Of a stretch of DNA of 64,000 nt, positions 52,492 to 62,555 are shown piece after piece. The DNA lies in the IMG/VR virus record IMGVR_UViG_3300046517_002960, positions 64,001 to 128,000 of that record; one strand, given 5' to 3'. Position 1 is the stretch's first letter. The number at the start of each line of letters is the position of its first letter. The notes under the pieces are model-generated. The model ran no database searches, was not told where the DNA came from, and was given only the letters and a program-made list of their open reading frames with translations. The translations under genes were made by a program, and so were the position numbers. The DNA comes from a virus.

Positions 52492-55400
52492 TTATCTCAC
52501 TGAGCCGTAGTACCCCCTTGAGGAAGCGCTGCCGGCCACCCCGTTCAGTGCCTGGGAGTACGCGGCCGGCGCCGCGCCCGTCAGCGCGATCAGGCGATCA
52601 AGTCTGCTGATCACCTGCATCTCGCCGGGGGTCATCCCGCCCGGGCCGATGACCCCGCCGGGCGGCACGGGCGAGACAACCTCGTTGCGCCCGGTGCCGT
52701 TGTAGGCCAAAGTGAGACCGGGAGGCAGAATGCCACCTCTGTCATACCAGCCGTAAATCGAAGCCAGGGTGGCGTACTGGGACGTACCCTGCTTCGGCAG
52801 CGGCGGCGCGTCGAACATGCTGAACGGCCTGATCGCGGTCGGGAAGCCCGTGCCGGCGGTCTGGGCGAGCTGCCCCAGCATCTGGTACACGCCTATCATC
52901 AGCGCGGGATGGCCGTGTACCAGCGCCTGGTCCTGGGTGACCCGTGCCTCCGCCCGGGCCGCGGCGATGAGGTGGCTCAGCGCGGGTGCGGACGGCACCG
53001 TGCCGGGCCTGCCCAGCGCCGCGTAAGCGGCTTCCCCGGCCCGCTGCCGGGCAGCCAGGGTGGCCAGCTCGCCCCGGATCGCGCTGCGGTTGGAGTACCA
53101 CCAGGTGCCGTGCCGGGCGTGCGCGAGCGAGTCGGCGAAGCCCTTGACGACGTGGGCGTAGTAGGTCTTCTCGGTGCTCTCATCGCTGGCCGCGTTCGCC
53201 CAGAAATCGGACAGGGACTGGGTGCCGTGCGGGGCCGGCCAGGGCGGGAACCGGTGCCCGGCCACGACGCCTCCGGACTGCAGCCGCGGCAGCACCTCGT
53301 GCGGCGGGGCCGGGATGATGGTCTCGTCGTGCCCGGTGGCGTTAACCGCTAGTGTCATCCCGGGCTTGAGCACGCCGCCCTTGTCGTACCAGTTGAACGC
53401 TCGTTCGTGTCCCCAGGCGGCAGCAGGTGAGCCGTACCTGCCGGAGATGTACGCGAGGCCCCACCGGACCTGGTTGGCGTAATCACCCAGGGCGTACGGG
53501 TGGCCGTGTCCCAGGCTGTTACCGGTCAGGTGGATGTGGCCGTTCTGCTCAGCGGTGAAGCTGCCCAGCTCGGTCGTCACGCACCAGACTTCCTGCTCGC
53601 CCGCATCCTCGTAGAAGAACCCCGGGTGCCCGACGTGCAGGGTCGGCTTGACGAACCCGATGATCAGGTTCTCAGTGCCGTACCGCTTGTCTGCGCGCTT
53701 GTAGACGCTGGGCCGGTAGCCTTCCAGGTAAACCGCCAGCCGGATGGTCTCGGCCAGCGCGCCGTCGTTCTGCGAGATCGACCGGTGGACGGTATGGCCT
53801 TCCCGCTGGTCGACCGAGCCTTCCGCCAGGAACATGGCATCCAGCCACGCCCTGCGCTGGGCGCTGGACATCGCCAGGATCATGGCGCGGTGATCCGTAT
53901 TCGGATGCCCGGCGCGCTCGGTCAGGTCCCGTGCGTACGGGGCGCTGAGCCGCCATTCCCGGTCCAGGCGCAGCTCTCCGTGCACCGTGCGCTCGCGCGT
54001 GCGGACCACGCTCCCGTGGCCTGCCAGGGCGCGCTCTATGTCCGGCCAGTTCTCCTGCTTGGTCTGGCCGATATGGAACGTGGCAGGAGAGCCGCCGTGG
54101 CGACCGGTGCCGTACTTCGGGTAGGCCTTGCGCTCCCAGCCGTCGCCGGCGACCCAGCCGAGCAGGGCAGCCTCTTCCAGGGTGATGGGCAGGCCGTCTT
54201 CCGCGTGATGCGGCTTAGCCAGGATCAGGATGCTGTCGGTCAGGCGTCCCTGGATCTCCCGCATTGACTCCCGGGGGAGCGTCGCCCGTGCGCGCTTGTC
54301 ACGCATCAGCCAGCGGTGATTCGGCGTCGTGGTGAACTCGGCCTGCGAGTTTCCGTAGCGGACCACCCGGTGCACTCCGGGATGCAGCACGGCAGTAATC
54401 CGCGTCCACTCGCTGCGCCCGGCCGCCTGGCTGTATCCGACCGTTTCATCACCGACGCGAACCTCGTCATGCTTCAGCCAGCCGCGCCGGGTCAGGACCA
54501 TCATGTCTGTGCTATAGCACTGCGGGATGCCGTAGGCCCCTGAGCTGGGGTTTACTGCCCAGGCGTTCCAGCCGCTTTCCTGGTTCCACAGGGCTTGCAG
54601 CGGCGGCCACTGATTCGCGCCCCAGCCGTACGCCCACAGGATCGAGCGGGCGAACGCCTGCGCCGCGGCAGCGGACCCGCTGTGCGGGGCGCCTGGCGCG
54701 AACCCGACGCCGCCCGGGTTCGATGCCATGGCGGCAGCCCATTTCGGCGGGATCTCGAAACCGGAGTTGCCGGCCAGCGAGGACTCGATCGTGCCGTACT
54801 GGCGGCCCAGCGCGGATAGCATCGTGGCGCCGTTGACGACGAACCCGACGTGATGCGCCGGGTTGCCGAAGAACACCATGCCGCCGGGCACCGGGCCGGA
54901 TGCCTTGCCCCACCGCTGCAGCCCGGCCGCATCAGGCCGCCCTACATTCATGCCGAACTTGTCGTACACAAAACTCACGAATCCGCTGCAGTCCCAGCCG
55001 GTGACAGGAGATGATCCGCCCCACACGTACGGCACCTTGCCCTTGAACCTCTCGGCGTAGGCCAGCACCGACTGCCCGGCGGCCGGCCCGGCCAGCATGG
55101 CCACCGCGCGGTTCGCGCTGTTCACCCCGGCCCTGATGTAGTCCTCCATGGACTTGGCCATCGCGGACGTGAAGCTGCCGTAGATCTTGTTCACGTAATC
55201 CGGGGTCAGGCCCCAGGTGCCAGCCGGGGTGCCGGGTACCGCGCCGCCCGAGGCGAATCCCGGGACGCGCATCCCGGCCGCGCCGTGCGGGGTCACCTCG
55301 ATGCCAGCCAGGCGCGGGACCCGGTCGTACAGCCCGGGGACCGGCAGCAGCGCGGGCGGCACCGCGCCCCCGGCCGCGAACCCGGGCAGCTTGCCGCGCA

Positions 55401-58400
55401 GGTGGTCGACCGCGCCGGCTTGCACCATGCGGGTGGGCACGACGACCTCGCCGGGCATCAGCAGCGCGCCTACCGAGTCGCGGCCGGGGATGCCGCCGGA
55501 GATGAACCCGCCTTCCGCGTGCGGTGACAGGAATCCGCCGGGGCTGATCGAGTAGCTTTTCCCGTCGCTGCCCTTGATGCTGAAGTTGCCGTCGCCGCGC
55601 ATGCTAACCTGCAGGCTGGTGTGCGCGGGCAGGTTGCGCAGCGCGGTGAACAGGTTGTCCGCGTTGCGCCTGCTTACGTCGATGGCGCCGGCCATCTTCT
55701 CGAAGTCGCCCATCGTCGTGCTGGCCTTGCGGCCCGCCTCCGTCAGCTTCTCCCGGCCCAGCTCCTGCCACAGCGCCGCGGCCTTGTCCCGGCTCAGGCC
55801 CAGCCCGTTGACCGCCCAGTCCACGAACTTGGCCTTGGAGTCCCTGGCAGTGAGGTTCAGCTTCGCCAGGTCCGGGCCGAACCTGGCGGTGATCTCTTTC
55901 CACAGCACGTTCGCCCTGCCGGTGGAGACGTCCAGGCCGCTGACCGCCCAGTCCGCGAATGCCTTCCTGGCATCGACGGCTGCGCCCCTGACCTCATTCA
56001 TGGCGGGCTCGAGCTGATTCGAGACCGACTTCCACAGCTGCTCAGCCTGATCGCGGGTCAGGTGCAGGGCCTCCTGCGCGAATGCCAGGAACTGCCTGTG
56101 CGCGTCGGCGGTGCTGCCGGTCAGGTTGACCAGGCTCTGGGCCAGCTGCAGTGCCGTGTCGTGGGTCCTTCTGGAGAACAGCCCGGTTTTCAGCACGGCT
56201 TCGGCGAAGCTGGTGAAGATGGCCTGGCCGCCGTTGGCGGTGATGATGGCCTGCGCCATGGCGGCGTTCAGGTTGGTGCCCAGCGCGATCGACAGGTTCT
56301 TGACGTCCTGGGTCAGGTCGGACGCGTCGGTGGTCAGCGTGGTGGTGATCTTGTCCAGGTCGTGCATCGGGTCCTTGGTCTTGCCGACCCACTTAGACAG
56401 CTCTTTGAAGCTGTTCGCGCCCTGGTACCCTCCGCGCTGCGCCAGCCCGTACAGGATGTCCGTCATCGCCTGCGAGCTCTTGGCCGCCGGCAGCATGGAC
56501 GCGACCATGTCCTTGTTGGCCTGGGCCAGCATGTCCACGCCGTCCTGGCCCTTGCCCGCCGCGTTGGCCAGCAGGGACAGGGAGTCCATCTGGGTGTTGG
56601 CCGCGTCCGCGGTGCGCAGGAACGTGTCCCGGGCCATCAGCGAGGCGGTGTTGATCCCGGTCATCGAGATCTTGCCGCCCTGCGCGGCGTCGGCCGCCAG
56701 CTTCAGGCTCATGCCGACCTTGCCGCTGGAATCGGACAGCTTGACCCCGGCCGTGGTCAGCGACTGGTACAGCCCCTCGGTCTGGGTGGCGAAGGCATTG
56801 AATCCCTGCTCGCCGCCCTCGATCGTCTTGATGAAGGTGTCCCAGCCCTGGTTCAGCTGGCCGACCTTCTCCTGCTGCTGCAGGGCCGCGAAGGTGACCG
56901 CGTTGACCGAGGCCTCCAGCTGGCCGCCGGTCCCGGTGATGTTCTGATAGCCGTTGATCAGGTTCTGCACCTTCTGGTGCATGACCGCGAAGGTGTCGTT
57001 CGCCTTGACCCCGGCCAGGTCCATCAGCGCGAACGCCTGGGAGACGCTGTACCCGTGCCGGACCAGGGAGCCGGTCTCGGCGTACAGGGTCCGGTAGGAG
57101 CCGACCAGCTTGTTCAGCTCACCGCGCAGCCTGGCCACGTCGTCCTGGATGGCCTGTTCTTTCCCGCCACCCGGCACGAACAGGTCCTTGACAGCCCGGC
57201 CGGCCGCTTTCAGGCCGTCCAGGGTGTTCCCGGAGGTGATCCCGGTGACGGCCCTGCCCCACTCAGTGCCGAATGCCTTGGCGTCGTAGCCAAGGGACCG
57301 GAGCGTGGTGCCCAGGTTGCCCCAGTTCTTGCCCTCGGCGGCCAGCAGGGCGCCGCTATCGGTCATCCGCCCGCGGAGCTCGCCGATGGCAACGGCCAGC
57401 CCGGTGGTCGCCGCCTCCGACGCTGTCATCGCCGCAGCCTGGGCCTGTACGTCCGCGATGAGGTTCTTCGTGCCGGTGTCGGTCTGGTTCATCTGGTAGA
57501 CCAGGAGGCCGATCGCGGCAGCCCCGGCGATCGCCCAGGTCCACGGGCTGGTGATCAGCGCGGCCAGCCCGGTGACCAGATTGAGCGACCCGGCTGCCGC
57601 CTTGCCCAGCGCCCCGCCCAGCAAGCCGACGTCAGTGGCGGCCTCGGCCGCGATGCCGAACTTGGAGATCCAGCCGATCAGGGACGCGATCGGGCCGATC
57701 ATCTTGACGAACATGCCGCCGAGCACAGAACCCCAGAGCCACACGCCATGCAGCGCCAGCGCGGCTGCAATCAGCGGGCCGGGCAGCTTGGAGATCACGT
57801 CCAGCACCTGCGTGGCGGCGACGAAGAACTGCAGGAAGTAGTGCGCGATCCCCGGGTCCTTGGTCAGCAGGTTGTGGATCGCCTCGGTGACGTGGCCGAC
57901 GATCTGGCCGAACTGGGCTAGGTACCCGGTCCCGCTCCTGATCATCCCGGCGAAGCTGCCCTGCTTGCCGACCCAGATGTCGATCTCGGCAACCCACCTG
58001 TCGAACAGGTCGACAACCGGCTCGAGGATTTTCTGCAGGTTCGCGGACTGGCTGTTGATGACGCCCAGGGCGCCGCCGAAGATCTCGATGCTCCGCGGCG
58101 CCATCGCTTCCATCAGGGCATCGAACTTGCCGGTCAGCGGCGGGATGTCGGCGCCCATCGCCGCAGACACGGTCCGCACGGCCTGGATCCGCACCCCGAC
58201 GTCATGCATCGACTCGGACAGCGCCGCGACCCCGGCTGCCCCGGCGATGACCGCGCCGGTCACCGCGATGATCGACTCGATGACGGCGTCCAGCGCGACG
58301 TGCCACACCTTGATCCCGCCGATGGCGCCGCCCAGGCCCCAGAATCCGCCGCCCTTGAACGCCCAGCCCTGCAGTTTCGCCCAGGCGCCCTCGGTCGCAG

Positions 58401-59626
58401 CGATCGCCGGGGTCAGGCTGTGCAGCCCGGCGGTCATCGCGGCGACCGCAGCCGCGGCGGCTGCCAGCTTCACCGGGTCCCCGCTGATGGACAGGTCGGC
58501 CAGGGTGGCTTTCAGCTTCTCGCCCCGGAGCTCCAGCGCCGCCAGCTTCGCCTCCGCGGCCGGCTCGCCTGCCAGCTCGATCTTCGCCTTAGCCAGCGCC
58601 GCGTCCAGCTTCTCGGCCCGGATCCGCAGCTCGCCCAGCGCCCTGCCCGGCGGCCCGATCGCGGTCCCGGCCAGCGAGGTGTTCAGCTTGGTCACCTCGT
58701 TGTCGATCCCGGCGATGCCGGCGGCCAGCGAGGTGACCTCCGCCATGGACAGGCCGCCCAGCCGGACCCGCTCGGCTTCAGCCCGCAGCATTCCGACTTC
58801 CGAGGTCACCGCGGCGATCTCGGCCTGGACCTCGTGAATCTGGGCCTCGTTCATCAGCCGGATGCCAGCGCCTTCCGCGCGCAGCCGCATCAGGCGGTCC
58901 TCGGCCGCGGACAGCTGGGAGAACAGCCCGGTGGTGGTGGCGGCCAGCTCGATCCGCCGCGCGTCGGATTTCAGCACGTTGATCCGGCCGACGATCACGT
59001 CCAGCTTCTTCTTCAGCTCCGTGTCCTCGATGTCGCCGGGGATCTTCTCCAGCGCCCGGCGGATCTGCTCGGCCTGGCCCTGCAGGTGCTTCAGCTCGTA
59101 CGCGGCTTCCGCGTCGTTCAGGGTCAGCTGCAGCCCGGACAGCTTGCGCTGCAGCCCGGCGGTGGCGGTGACCTCCCGGGCGATCGCCGCGTCGATCTTG
59201 CCGGTGTCCGCGCCCATCTGCAGGTTGCGCAGCTTGGTCTCCAGCCCGGACAGCTTCGCGGCTCCCTTCGCGATCGCCGCGTCCATCTTGGCCGGGTCGG
59301 CGGCCAGCTCCATGGACCGCATCTGCTTGTCCAGCAGCGCGACCTTATTCAGCAGCTTGGTCACCGCGGCGCTCATCGCCGTGTCGTCCGCGCTGAACCT
59401 GATGTTCGCGACCTTGGCGGCGGCGGCGGCCAGCTCGGCCCGCACCTTGGTCATCGCGGCGGTGACCGGCGAGGTGTCCGCGCCGATCTTGACGTCCTGC
59501 TTGGGTACGGCGGTGACGGCGGCCTTGACCTTCGCGGTCAGCTCCTGGAGGAACGAGTCAGTGTCCGGCGAGACTCGTTAAAATGACAATGAATGCCTCG
59601 CCTAGAACGCGGCCACCCGTTGCCAT
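52492..59626 (-). CDS. Tape measure protein with NlpC/P60 and SLT-type lytic transglycosylase domains and an intein; 5' end broken by a 10-nt insertion (59571-59580)
   Basis: Long Ala/Leu/Gly helical repeats; VPYVWGG...WDCSGF...HHVG; QESGWN..AVNPSSGAYGIPQ|SLG...WYDKGG. ATG 59626 gives MATGGRVLGEAFIVISPDTDSF after removing 10 nt (2374 aa). Confidence 0.92.
53518..54519 (-). mobile_element. Class 1 intein (334 aa) with LAGLIDADG endonuclease inside the TMP transglycosylase domain
   Basis: Starts CYSTD, block B TTPNHRW, ends VWCVTT...HLTGN, +1 Ser; LLGWVAGDG and WLDAMFLAEG motifs. Confidence 0.92.
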
Positions 59627-59685
59627 ATCAGACCACCCCCCTCCTGATAAGAGGGGCAGCCTGACACGGAAGCGCTGGCGCCACG

Positions 59686-60084
59686 TCAGATCATGCCTTC
59701 CAGGGCGTCCAGCGCCGTGGTCATGAAGGGGTACCGGTCCCGCATCTGCACGGCGCCGTGCGGCCGGTGCTCCAGGAACACGGCCGGGAACGCCGCGACG
59801 TTGACGCCGCCGTACATCCCGCCGAGCGAGCCCGCGACGGGGCCGTGCACGTGGATCGAGCGGCGGGTGAACCCGGGCGGCAGGGCGTACCGCGCGGTGC
59901 TGGTCGCCGGGTTCCAGATGGTCGACCGCCGGGTGCCGGGGAAGACGTGCACGGTGCTGCGGGCGATGTCCGCCGCCTTCTCGTCCAGCTCGGCGATCAG
60001 CCGTCCGACCGGCCCGGCCGGGTCGCTCAGCATCGCTTCCACGTCGCCGGGGCTGATGCGGAGGCTCCCCAGGTTGCGGGGCAT
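59686..60084 (-). CDS. HK97 gp10-like neck/tail completion protein
   Basis: GPVGRLI..L...A...PG.TRRSI...V....AVFLE...YPFMTTAL. Confidence 0.65.
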   Translation of the reverse strand: MPRNLGSLRISPGDVEAMLSDPAGPVGRLIAELDEKAADIARSTVHVFPGTRRSTIWNPATSTARYALPPGFTRRSIHVHGPVAGSLGGMYGGVNVAAFPAVFLEHRPHGAVQMRDRYPFMTTALDALEGMI

Positions 60085-60099
60085 CTCAGCGTTCCCTGC

Positions 60100-60444
60100 T
60101 CATCGTTCCGGCCACCGGAAATCACCGTCCTCGTACAGGGTCTTGTCGTCCGGGGCCACCGGGGCTTCCGGGTCCTCGAACGCGATGCCGGCCGCCTCCT
60201 GGTGGGCGCGCAGCGCGATGACGGCGGCCTCCTCCGGGTTCTCGGCCATCCCCAGGCTGATATCCAGCTGCTCCAGCTCCTCGTCGCTCTCGCACCGGTC
60301 GGCCAGCATGGAGTACGCGACGTTGCAGGCCTGCCGCGGGGTCAGCGCCTCGAGCCCGCGCGCCGACGAGCGGAGGAGCGTGCCGTCGACCCGGCCCGCG
60401 AACCTGGCTGTCCAGGCGAGGAGCGCGACGGCTGCTCGGTAGGG
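60100..60444 (-). CDS. Tail assembly chaperone, second (frameshift-extended) frame
   Basis: Open -1 frame PYRAAVALLAW...LTPRQACNVAYSML overlapping the TAC 3' end; no obvious independent start. Confidence 0.7.
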   Translation of the reverse strand, partial: PYRAAVALLAWTARFAGRVDGTLLRSSARGLEALTPRQACNVAYSMLADRCESDEELEQLDISLGMAENPEEAAVIALRAHQEAAGIAFEDPEAPVAPDDKTLYEDGDFRWPER

Positions 60445-60899
60445 CGGCCGGCCACCATCTCGATGACCTTGGTCACCACGTCCATCAGGTCGTCTGCGCC
60501 GGCCTTGGACTCGCAGGCGTGGTCCTCGAACGCGCGCCAGTCGCCCGCGTCGAACTCCGGGCACGCCTGGGCCGACCCGGCCTTGCAGTCCTCGCACTCC
60601 CCGCAGCCGGGGCTGCCCGGGTGGATGCAGTCCTTGAGCATGGAGTACAGCGCGCCGAGCGCCCGCGGGTCCTGCACGTTCACGTCGGCGAACGCGGAGA
60701 ACTTGAGCAACGGCATCAGGCCGATCTTCTCGGCGATGCGGAACCGCCGGCCGGCGAGCTCCACGGTCCGCTCGCTGGTGACGATCTTGTCCGCGACGAC
60801 GATCTCGGTGGGCGGTGGCGGCTCCACGCCCGCCACGGCGCCCTGGATCCCGGCGAGCTCGGCGTCGAAGTCGATGTCCAGCCCTGCTTCCTCGGACAC
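60342..60899 (-). CDS. Tail assembly chaperone
   Basis: Between major tail and TMP genes; ends with the typical RPT.QPS.SS.G tail; GTG start. Confidence 0.8.
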   Translation of the reverse strand: MSEEAGLDIDFDAELAGIQGAVAGVEPPPPTEIVVADKIVTSERTVELAGRRFRIAEKIGLMPLLKFSAFADVNVQDPRALGALYSMLKDCIHPGSPGCGECEDCKAGSAQACPEFDAGDWRAFEDHACESKAGADDLMDVVTKVIEMVAGRPTEQPSRSSPGQPGSRAGSTARSSARRRAGSRR

Positions 60900-60981
60900 G
60901 GGCTGCTCCTCTCATGACGAAGGGCGCAGCTCCCCCGCGCTGCCGCGGGGGCCGTGCGTGAATGTCCGGCCGGCCGGAGAA

Positions 60982-62007
60982 TCAGGTGCCGGGCAGGCCG
61001 TAGACCGGGTAGCGCGCGATGCGGCTGGCCGCGTTCCATGTCGACTTGAGTGACACGGCTGCCGTGACACCGCCAGTGACACTGTAGTCAGGCAGAATGG
61101 TGCCGAAGAAGTACTGCGGCAGCTGTGACGGAAGCGACGACGGGTAAAGATAGAAGTTGCGCGGCAGGCCGTCAGTGGCTGATACGTACGTTTGCGTTGT
61201 AGCGGTGTCGTAGAAGCCGCTGAAGTCTCCTGAGGCGTCCGGGAGTCCTGCGACCCAGATGAGGTTCTGGTCCGATCTGTTACCTCTCGCCCCTGCGAGC
61301 GAGCGGGCCAGTCATTTCTGCTGGCCTCTGCATATCTCTATGCAGGCCGGACTGTATCTTCACCCGCGTGGGGTGCCGCGTACACAGTCTCTGAACCTTC
61401 TCGTCGGCTTGCGCCAGGCGAGCTCGGCTGCTGATTACCCCTGCTGGCTGCTTTTCGGACCGTCGCGCTCGCGCTTTCGCGCCACGCTGTGGTGCAGCCA
61501 GGTGACCCGGGCGTCCCAGCAATTCTCGCAGTTTTCACAGTAGAATCACTTCTACCGGGGGCAAACACCCATAGCAGTTACATCAACTTTCGCAACTGTA
61601 AAATTGATGCTCCAGGCGCTCAAAAACGCCATGGGACTCGCTGTTGGATTGGCGCCACCTGGGCCATCTACAGCCACATAGGCGATGCCGTTTCGCGTTC
61701 TGTTACCTCTCGCCTAAGCGAGCGGGCAGGTCGTTTCCGCCTGCCTCTGCATATCTCTATGCAGACCGGACCATATCTTCACCCGCATGGGGTGCCACGT
61801 ACATGGTCTCTGAACCTTCTCGTCGGGGCTGACCCAGGCGAGCTCGGCTGCTGATTGCCCCTGCCGGCCACTTCTCAGAACCGTCGCGCCCGGGCTTTCG
61901 CCCCACGCTGTGGTGTGACCGGGTGATGCGGGTGTTCCAGCAATTCTCGCGGTTTGCACTGAAAGATCGCTCTCTCAGGCGGCCAGCCGACCGTGAATAC
62001 GACTCAT
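60982..62007 (-). CDS. Major tail (tube) protein, 145 aa, three exons: 62007-61990, 61695-61567, 61272-60982
   Basis: Spliced product MSRIHG|RNGIAYV...WSINFTVAKVDVTAMG|DQNLIWVAGLPDASGDFSGFYD...NFYLYP...YFFGTI... is a continuous actinophage-type tail tube sequence; GGAAAGGTG RBS; directly upstream of the TAC. Confidence 0.9.
61273..61566 (-). ncRNA. Group I self-splicing intron 2 (294 nt, no ORF)
   Basis: Follows exon U (ATGGGT|), ends in G; P AATTGCTGG, Q AATCAGCAG, R GGTTCAGAGACT, S AAGATACAGTCC; P1 GGGT/GCCC with U-G pair. Confidence 0.93.
61696..61989 (-). ncRNA. Group I self-splicing intron 1 (294 nt, no ORF)
   Basis: Follows exon U (CACGGT|), ends in G; P AATTGCTGG, Q AATCAGCAG, R GGTTCAGAGACC, S AAGATATGGTCC; P1 CGGT/GCCG with U-G pair. 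Confidence 0.93.
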
Positions 62008-62211
62008 GTATCCACACCTTTCCCTGCCTGCGCAGAGATGCCGAGGCCAGCCAAGCTGGTAACAGCCGTTAGACCGGGCACCGGACTCCGCGGAACGTGA
62101 GTAACGGAGCCGGCTCCGCCATCCGTGCAGACCCTGGACCGGGGGCAGCTACGGGGCCACGGCAGCTATCAGGAGTAACGATAACGCAGTCAGTTTGTGG
62201 ACAATGAGAGC

Positions 62212-62516
62212 ATGAGCGATCCCGGCACGGAAAGGTGGCTGCCGCTGCCCGGGTACGCGGGTTTTACGAAGTGAGCGATCAGGGCCGCGTGTACTCCCTG
62301 CCCAGGGCGGCGACACGCGGGGGCCTGCTCAGGCTGTCCGTAAATTCCCGCGGTTACCGGCACGCGGCGCTGTGCAAGTACGGCCGGGTGCGCGTCATCC
62401 CGGCCGGGCGCCTGGTCCTGATGACGTTTGACCGCCCGCCGCGGCCCGGCGAGCGGGCGCTGCACGGCCCCGGCGGGCCGGGAGATGACAGCCGGGCCAA
62501 CCTGCGGTGGGGGTAG
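62212..62516 (+). CDS. NUMOD4-HNH homing endonuclease, -1 frameshifted at G GGT TTT (62259-62265) and C-terminally truncated
   Basis: MSDPGTERWLPLPGYAGF joined to YEVSDQGRVYS...RLVLMTF..RP.GERALHGPGGPGDDSRANLRWG*. Confidence 0.75.
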
Positions 62517-62555
62517 TTTGTGGACATGGCGGCCCGCCTGTGGTGAGGTGAGAGC

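Noticed and set aside
61259-62017. Short ORFs listed in this region (61259-61543, 61280-61522, 61338-61568, 61489-61854, 61714-61959, 61757-62017) as genes or a tandem gene duplication
   Set aside because: They are translations of intron RNA; the repeat is explained by two related group I introns separated by exon 2.
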